A DNA stretch of 64,000 nucleotides from Octopus sinensis (Eukaryota), in contig NC_043004.1 in the NCBI RefSeq assembly GCF_006345805.1, positions 43,028,001 through 43,092,000 on the forward strand. The letters run 5' to 3'. Under the pieces are notes generated by a model. That model worked only from the letters and a program-made list of their open reading frames with translations. It was not told the DNA's origin and made no database searches. This document shows positions 54,538-64,000 of the stretch, in pieces (within the stretch, counting starts at the first letter, position 1; the number at the start of each line of letters is the position of its first letter). The translations under genes and the position numbers were made by a program.

Positions 54538-56039
54538 GTATATATATATGGATATGTATACACACACATATCTATATTATATATATATGTTTGATTATAT
54601 ATACACACAAATGTGTGGATGTCTCTCTTTGGTAAGATTATTTGGTTACAATGACCGGAACGTACAATTGCTTCGAAGAATATTAGAAGTTGTCCATGCA
54701 ATTCAGCATAATTTTCTGTGCACCTTTATTGATGGTTCATCTACAAGCTGGTTTGAAGTAAACTAAGTGAAATTATTTATTTGTAGCCAATTTAAGATAT
54801 TTAGTTATATATTTATGTGTTGAATTATGGAATACGCTGATCGGGCTCAAGCGTTAGAGCTGCGGAATAAGATACCTCTTTTTTTTTCAGACTCTATGCA
54901 TTCTGAATAAAGATGCCAGTGTTGATAATTCCTCCATAAAATCGCCCAAACTCTCTCTGTCTCTGCCTCTCTCTCATGAAAATTGCCAGCTTTGTGATTA
55001 TATCAGAAACTATTAAATGTGTGAGTTCGCATTATACGACTAGCTGACAGAAGCTTTAGATCATCCGAGAAAAATGATACATAAGATCAGTTCCGTGTCT
55101 GTAGCTTTTGAGTTCAAATTTCATCGTGGCCAACACTTTGGTTCATCCCACTCTGGGTGATAAATTATTCAACGAGTGAAGTATTAAGTTTCATGTAATT
55201 TTCTAATCCCTCCGTCCCAAAGCTGTTGGCCTAGTACGTAATTCGAAACAATAACCGTCATTTAATGCAACTGAAAGATGCGTTAATTCGAAATATGAAG
55301 ATACCCCGAAATTTATTTTTACTTTTAACAACGTATAATCATTTTGCTAGAGCAAGCAAGTTTTATGTTACTAATATTATTTATATTTATATAATTGCAA
55401 CAAAATTATGCTATACATAACCCTAACCCCAACAAGTACTGCTATCAGATAAATTCAGCCAGATTTTTCATTTCACAACTCACTGATTCAGATCATTCCA
55501 CTTTCTATAACATTCTATTTACCAATAGTAATTTTCCGTGTCCAGATACATAAAATTAATGTAATATATCAACTTCATGATATCTTTTCCTATATAGTAA
55601 CTGTGAATCATGTATGCAATAACGGAGCGAATGTTCTGAAAGTTACGCATATTTTTAATTGATGCAGATATATATATAAATTATATATAGGTAGATATAT
55701 AAAAAAGATAGATATATAAACAAAAATGTCTGTTGCAATAACAAAAATTTAATTTACCAGCATCGCCTATGATCAACATAAATAAAAGTCTAACTTATAA
55801 AAAATATACAATTTCTATTTCTGACATAATTTTTAAGTCCCGGATAACATTATAAATTGAGTTATAATATCGATTTATATGCTATACGTATATAAAAAAA
55901 ATTTATGTCCCTTACTCTGCATTCTCCTACTTGGGACACCAAAATTAAAAAAAAATTGGGTTTTTTTTTTTTGCATAGATCTTCTCCGAATTGTGTCAGT
56001 TTCATTTGTTAATGGGTTTCTCATGTATTTCAATTCCTT

Positions 56040-56200
56040 CTTCAGTGCATATTCTTCCTTCTGGTACTCCTGTGTGATCTTTTTCTTCTCGCACAAGAAC
56101 GATTTCCATCTCATTCTACTTATGAAGGATATTTTATTGGCTGATAGTTCTTTCAAGTATTCATTATTGGTTGGTATTTGTCCGTTACCGCAACAATATC
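56040..56200 (-). pseudogene. Probable N-terminal fragment of a PLE ORF
   Basis: QIPTNNEYLKEL..SFISRMRWKSFL resembles the IP....YL..L....FI.RMRWKA motif I recall upstream of PLE RTs. Confidence 0.45.
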
Positions 56201-56727
56201 TCCGCATTCCGAAAGATAAGCTGGTGACACGCAACTTCACAAGCGGACCTAATATAGAGATTAAAAGAAGCAAAAATAAAATATCAAATAGAAAGATCAA
56301 TAATGAATAAATTGCACACCCACTTGAGCCTTGGGGAAGCATTTTGCATTGCGTCAAGTAAAGAACATTTGGTAAGTTATATTCATGTTTTTTTTTAAAT
56401 AATTACTGAATCAACTATTGTTCTCTTCCATTTTCTTATTTGCAATATAAATTAATGGTAAAATGTATCTTTACATTCACCTATATAATAAACTAGGTAA
56501 TGTAATTTCAATGCAATAAAAACACTTGTGTATTAATAAATGGATATTCTACCAACAGTATATTGGATAGATATTATCCCTTGGTTGGTTGGATTCACAA
56601 CGCCTAACTTTCTTGGAGTTATATATATATACATGTATACATACACGCACACACATATGTATGTATATATATGCATGTATATATATATACATACACATTC
56701 ACACACACATGCATATATATCTAAAAG

Positions 56728-57047
56728 ACTCCGCCGGTTACGACGACGAGGGTCCCAGCTGATACGATCAACGGAACAGCTTGCTCGTGAAATTAACGTG
56801 CAAATGGCTGAGCATTCCACATACACGTGTACCCTTAACGTAGTTCTCGGGGATAATCAGCGTGACACAGAGAGTGACAAGGCTGACCCTTTGAAATACA
56901 AGTACAACTCATTTTTGCCAGCTGATTGGACTGGAGCAACGTGAAATAAAGTGTCTTGCTCAAGGACACAACGTGTCGCCGGGAATCGAACTCACAACCT
57001 TACGATCATGAGCCGAATGCCCTAACCACTAAGCCACGCGCCCTCAC
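56728..57047 (-). mobile_element. tRNA-derived SINE with CORE-like domain, full length
   Basis: gcgcgtggcttagtggttagg..gagttcgattccc; tgtgtccttgagcaagacactt. Confidence 0.85.
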
Positions 57048-57124
57048 CACTACATATATATAGATACACGCATACACACGTGCATCAGCGTATGTATGTA
57101 AATGCGCATACATATCCATATGTG

Positions 57125-57171
<47 letters not shown>

Positions 57172-57774
57172 TATATATATATGTGTGTGTTTGTGTGTGT
57201 GTGTGCGTATATGTGTACGTGTGTTTATGTGTGTGCGTGCGCTCGTATGTGTGTGTATATGTCCGTGCGTTAGCATGTATTTAAAACTATATGCGAACGA
57301 CCATGTATGGGTCGATTCTTAAAGAACAGCTATGAACAATCGAATATGTATCCAACGATGAAAAACAGTACAAAGAAATCAAATAGCAATCCCTTTAAAA
57401 TGGCAACCACTTTAACAGTAGCAGAGCACCATCCCACTACATCGACATATTCAAAGTAGTTTGTCAACGGACCTCCAGCAACAACACGCCTTTGATAAAT
57501 TCAATGGCTACTTCTAACTGCAGGCCACAAGAGACAGGAGAGATGCGCTTAAAGCCGAGAATTTGAACTTACGTGGACAATATTTACTCACCATCTGAAG
57601 TAACGCAACTAGTTCTCATAATGTGAAGAAATTGTTGCACAATCAATTACCTACATGCGCGAAAAGGTACGTTGCGTACAAACAATTCTAGTGATTGAAA
57701 ATAAATGTCCAACCGTAACCCTACTTGTTGATTCCCAACTTTTTGAACTATAGGTATGATTAGTTGTTTGTATA

Positions 57775-57820
<46 letters not shown>

Positions 57821-57823
57821 CAC

Positions 57824-57856
<33 letters not shown>

Positions 57857-57875
57857 CGTGTATATATATATATAG

Positions 57876-58045
57876 GGAGAGTTTACGAAAAAAACAACAA
57901 AAGACGTAGACAGGTGTTGTACAAAACAAACCGATGTATTAGTATAACTCTCAGGAATAGAAAATGTATTTTACGTTTCGAGCCTACGCTCTTCTACAGA
58001 AAGGGACACAGAAACAAGGAGAGAAACAAAGAGCGAAAAACAAGT
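57876..58045 (-). mobile_element. PLE-type mini-element, 33468 family
   Basis: Reverse complement aligns by eye to 33468-33630; adjacent to TA/TG microsatellite. Confidence 0.75.
57969..58002 (-). ncRNA. Minimal HHR with A6U core (CUGUAGA)
   Basis: ttt CTGTAGA a gagc gtag gctc GAAA cg TA aaa. Confidence 0.7.
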
Positions 58046-59670
58046 AAATGAAAATAATAAATTGTAATAATATTTAATCTCATAATTATTATTGTTTACA
58101 AAATATTTCCTCGTCATTGATTCTCCATTTAACGCAGATATATATATATACCCTACTATTTAGTCAATTAAAGTAATTTATAAGACTGGAGTAGAAGAAT
58201 GAGTTAAAAGTTTCATTTTATTCACATATACAAGTCCAAGAATCGAGCATAATAGCATGACTCCTGAAACATAGTTAAAAATGTGTTGAATAACACTGGA
58301 AATGTATTTGTCCAAATAATTCTTCACTATATCCCAATCCTGATGTTGCAACGCTCATCGATTTCCAGTACTGAATTTAACATTTTTTTAATTGGTGTAC
58401 ATTTGAACGTGTATAAATTGTGTTATTTCATCTACATGCGCAAAAACGAGCATAAGATTTTCCAATTAATAATTCTTCGTGCAGAGAAGTGTAATAGGGA
58501 AAAACTAAAAACTAACAAAAGAAAACAGAAAACGTATACGATAAATGAAAGAAGTAAATGTGATTCTAATTATATTTCGGATAACTATATCAAAATATTC
58601 GAAATAACAGTTTGGAAATAAATAGTCAACATATTAAAGTTATTTTATTCGAACCTTTCATATTATGTTTTCCGGTAATAATTTTTAATAATAAATAAAA
58701 AGAAGCTTTGCACACAAGCATCTGTAGATATTGCATAATTATATCAAACATTTTTTTGAAATATTTTCAAAATTGCTTAATTAAAATATTTAGAAAAATA
58801 CCGTTAGATTTGTATCATACAGGTGGAAGCATTGGCCACACAAATTAGAGATAGTACCTGAAATTACTTTTAGTTAATATTTCTACAGAATATTCGTAAA
58901 ATTCCATGAAAATATTCACATAAATATTAAAACATTGTATAAAATAACATGAAAATCAAATTACAGCAATTATATTTCTGCAAATATTTGCATATTGGGG
59001 TTATCACCTAAACTTGTACTCACGCAACAGATTATATGTATAGTAACACATTCATATCTATATATGTATATACTTATATATACGTACATACGTATACATA
59101 CACACGAACAAACACATAAATATATATATTTGCTTTCTTCCTGAGCACATCATACCAATATCAGTCCCACTATTTACATTTTGTTCAACTATTTTATGTT
59201 AGAGTCACGTGACGACTGAAACCTTGTTGAAACAGAAATTGATTATTTATAACAGTGTGTTTCTTACAGAAACCTAGCTCATTGATGCTCGGTTTATTAC
59301 ATGGTGTGACAAGGGATATCCAAGATATTTGCTGGAAAATGGAATGCTATTGGTCAAGGTGAGTTGCATGATGTTCAGTTAAGATCGACGAGTCAGTGGT
59401 AGCACTTCCCCTAGAAGCGGGATTTTCTCGGACAGCACGGTTGGACATGAATTTGCTTGCGTCTAAGCGTTGGCGGGATGGTAGAGAAAAGACTGCGTGT
59501 GTGTAAGTGTTTGTGTGTGTGTATGTATGTGTGTGTGCGTATGTGAGTGTCTGTCTGTGTACGTGTGTGTGAATACATGTGCGGCAGGGCATATGCTTTC
59601 TTGCATGTGCGAGCGCATTTACGATACATGTATGGGTCTGTGTGGCTAAGTGTCAAACCCCACCACATAA

Positions 59671-59733
<63 letters not shown>

Positions 59734-59789
59734 TGCATATGAGTATAGCATTTTATCATAAAGTTACACATCCAATGTTTGAACATTTT

Positions 59790-60440
59790 TCACTATTGTA
59801 ATCAGGAGCCATTGTTTCCTTCTAGTCTTACGACTTACACTCTGATTCAGGACCACTGCATTGACCAATACTTAGGCCATGTTAATCGGTTGTCTTCTGA
59901 CCTTGTGGACGATTTCTTTTTTAAACCTCTAACGTTTAGTAGCTTTACCTATAGCATGTATCCCCTTTTTGCGACCTGCTAAAATGTAAGTGTGCCATAG
60001 ACCTCATCTTCTGTTTGACTTACAAGCTCTAAACTATCCACATCCACTGGTAAATACCTCGTTCGTTCTTCCCCCATTCTTGTATTCATCTTCCTCGAAG
60101 ATCTGATACTTAGGTTATTTCCTCTCTCGGTCGTCTTTCACGCTCTATTATTTGAGCATTGTTTTCTCCAGGCAGTCTACCCTCATTGTTGGGTGAGAAA
60201 ACAGTGATATCATCCGGTCTTAATAACATCTGGGTGATGTGCACTGGAAATGTTATCTATTTTCCAGAACTGATTCGAGGAATCACAGTAGGAGGTTATG
60301 AGGCTTCTGGTTATGCAGGGGAATATTATTTCTTGGAGGAGAAAAATTCTTATTTTACAACAACGTTTATTTACCGACCTCCGGAGATATTTGTGAGAAA
60401 TCCAGATATACAATTAGGAAGTGGTAGACAGTGGTCGCTC
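59790..60440 (-). pseudogene. Possible degenerate RTE-like RT relic
   Basis: GC-richer island with a DDITVFS motif (cf. YADDIALLS). Confidence 0.3.
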
Positions 60441-61010
60441 TGACACCATCATCCTTTTAGCGCAATAACACGTATATGTACGTTTCAATGAATATATGTA
60501 TATGTACATTCGAACATATATGTATATCTATTTATATGCATGATATGCGTGCATGTGTGAATATGTATGAATTTGTACATATGCGCATATAAGTATGTCT
60601 ATATGAATATATCCAGAAAATGTACAAACGCCTTCACACTCATGCACGTGCATACACACATACACACACAGTTACGTAAAGAGAGGCACTCACAAATAAT
60701 CTGAAAATGATATGAATTTTCATTCAAACCATTATATACATGAACATATTTTGGTTCAAAACTATGTTAAAAAATATATCAAGCAAAACAGAAAGGTCCT
60801 TGCAAGTTGCATGGACTATACAGTAAGACTGCTAAATCTACCATATAATATCATAAAACAATTATGTTCTATTATCACACAGATTTTACTTTAACTTCTG
60901 ATTTAGGAGAAAGTAATTGAAAGAGATCAATAATGAAATAACTAATGAGATAAAAAAAACACTATATCTATCGGCCTTCGTAAAATGCACTCACTCACAC
61001 ACACACACAC

Positions 61011-61052
<42 letters not shown>

Positions 61053-61056
61053 TATA

Positions 61057-61095
<39 letters not shown>

Positions 61096-64000
61096 TATAT
61101 AATTATTACAAACTACTAAGGCTGTATTTATGGTTCCTTCTTACAAATAATTCCCTTTACTATCACTGGGAACCACTCGCTGTTGGTCTATGCATGCCAT
61201 TTATCAGCGACATTATCGTTACTACACACTATTAGAATATTCATTGAGAGAACATGAACCAACCTGATCGTATAATAGACACATACACACACAGACACGC
61301 AGAGACGGAGACGCCCACACCCACGCACACACATGCATGTATATACGAACTTGGAGATGTTTACTAGAGATAGAACATGAATATATGCCTAATTTTTTAG
61401 TGTTGGTAGCATCCTTCATCCCACAACGTGCGAGAACTAATGTATACTATACTAACTACACACACAAAAAATTATATCAGATTTACTTTGGTAAAAGTAA
61501 AACCATTTGACATATTTTATTAGTTTTACCACATGCAAATGTTCTAAACTAGAAGCTGTTAATGATCAATTATATCGTTAATTTGAAATTGCGATATTAT
61601 CATAACGCACCTAGTATACTTATGATTAGTTACTATTTACAATACAATTTCTACGAAAATTTTGAATTTCTTGACGTGTTATTGAAGTGCACTAACAATG
61701 TATTTAATTTGCTTATATTTTAATACGAAATTATTTCTTTGTAAAGTGCAGTCGACCTATATTTTGTTTCATTATATATCGACTTTAAAATGTGATTTTT
61801 TGGAGTTTGCTTCTTCAAGTTACCTGATTGAATTACTTGCAATTTTGAACATCAACCTACTTGATAATCTTCAATTATTTTACACACACAAACATAATTC
61901 AGTAATGTAACAGCATATCATTAATTAGACATTTATCTATATTGATCAAGTATAGTGTTAAGATATTAACTGCAACACTGTAATAATCTTAAATGAATTA
62001 TTTCGCTGAACAGAGTACCAGTTTCATTGCCACGATTGATCAGTAATGTTTACAAAAGTACGTGACTATTTTTCTGACATCTAAATTCTCAGTGACTGAA
62101 ATGATACGGGGACAACTCCATATCTGTAGCCTGCTAGGAAACTACGAACGACTGGTGTTTGTGCATCTTCCATACACGTGTCGTATTGTAATATAATCCT
62201 CTTTTACAAAAATAGAGAAGTCTAACTGTCGTTATCAGACATATGGTTAATCATTACGAACATGCAAGAAACAGTTACTATGCCTGTGTAGTTGAAGTGG
62301 GCTGGCTTTTGGGAAGTATTATCTCCCATATGGTGCTACGTTAGTCATAACCGAGAGAGGGTAATACAGGTTTTAGGGGTTTACAGCTGAAATGTTGAAC
62401 AGATTCACAATGTATTGCTTCTGCAGATAGCTTGAACAATTCACTTATTTTGAAAGCACTTACCTATACCTGTATATATATATATATATATATATATATG
62501 ATTCTAGATCATAACGCCTGTTTCGACGTATCATGCACCAGTAACTTCGGGTTTAATTTCTAAACGTACATAATTTTTCATTTCACTTTTCATCTGCACA
62601 TACGATCCCTTAAAACAGCGTCTCACCTGCAAGGTACCAGTGCATGAAAGGTCTTCTGAATTCCATTTTCTTTTTCACGACTTTTTCTAAAATGTAGGGT
62701 CACAAAGGATTCCCTGAAGTAAATTCAGTGGGATATAGCTCTATACTGTTGTTGATCGCGGTTAGCCGAATCCTGTGAACAGGCTTTATGCAGCATACAT
62801 ATAAAATTCTTATCTAAAATTTTCGAGTTCTAATCAAAAATGAACACGAATACCGATGTTCCATATGGTAGATTTGATACTTGTCGAGGCATCCTCTAAC
62901 CAGGACACGAATAGTAGCCTTTATACACAAATAAAGAACTTTTATTCAACAAGGCGGAGTTAAGCACTCATTCTCATTATTTCATATTCACACACACCCC
63001 CACGCCCACACACACGTACACGCCCACGCACACATACACGAACGCCCGGCCGCTGCGCACACACACATATAGTGAGAAGAAGAGTTAGGGTGGTAATGAT
63101 AATATGAAGATGGTACCACTTGCTTCTATGTACGTTTCAACATTTTGCTTGTTTAAAGCTTCCATTAGATCTTATAGTGTAATCGAATGATTAGCCACAG
63201 CTCATTACCCGGCAAGACATGTCGTTATGATGCAAAGATGTAAATCTCCTACATTTATATTCTATGTTATAATTTGTTATAGTATTAAGCATAGTAGTAG
63301 CTTACCCAATAAACTGGAAGCGGTTTTGATGATCATACTATCTGCGGAACACTAAAGTAAATGTATATGTATGTATATACAAACGATTGGTGATAATATT
63401 AATAATGTTGAGCAAATTTCTCTCAAAGCATTGAACAGCACGAAGCTAGAGTAGAAAACTCTTTCTCAGGTTACTTACATGGGGGCGCAAATAATATCAG
63501 CAAATTTACAAAGGGAATGTTAACCAAAGCTTGTTCCTGTTTAGGAATGAAAATAGGACGTAATATCGTATTAATATTTTGAGGTTTTTGCCAACATAAT
63601 TTAAGTGTTAGGGTTATATCACAGACAGATTATGTCTTCGATTTCATTAATATTGCCTGTTTAATATTGCTCAGTAATTGTTGCAAACTGTAAACAAGAA
63701 GTATGTAGCAACGCACATGATGAAAATGACATTTCTGTAACAAAGCTGAATAGATTTTAAAGATATTGCTTTTTAAAACTGTACTTCGAAGATTATGCGT
63801 ATATGAACGCAATTTAAATTCACCAATTTCGAAGAAATACAATGCAAATTGTAATTATGTATTTCATTCATCTCTATAAACTTCCATCTATCTTGAATGT
63901 TTCAAACTAGATGTAGAATTTGCACGTTCATTAACAACATAGTAAAATATAGGTACCGTATCATACAGCGAACATAATAATCAAACACCTAACTAAAACT

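Overview
AT-rich, microsatellite-dense animal DNA with no recognisable host exon. The SINE types and repeat landscape suggest a coleoid cephalopod such as Octopus (inference). Nearly all short ORFs are translated (TA)n/(TG)n or antisense to transposons. Real coding content is transposon-derived: a ~3.9 kb CR1-group LINE (intact ORF1 and APE, RT core deleted), a 5'-truncated R4/Dong-type LINE in a (TAA)n tract, two Penelope-like elements (PLEs, GIY-YIG) with inverted pseudo-LTRs, mariner relics, three MITEs and several tRNA-derived SINEs. Main hunt result: about 15 type-I hammerhead ribozyme (HHR) motifs, mostly minimal. They lie in PLE pseudo-LTRs and in short, often fold-back, mini-elements next to (TA)n. 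Their cores show all four Watson-Crick versions of the tertiary 3-8 pair (CUGANGA, UUGAAAA, GUGAACA, AUGAAUA), plus A6U and U4C variants, and the best examples keep intact stems. A standard CUGANGA search would miss the variant cores. All calls were read by eye; nothing was computed or searched, and coordinates of degenerate relics are approximate.
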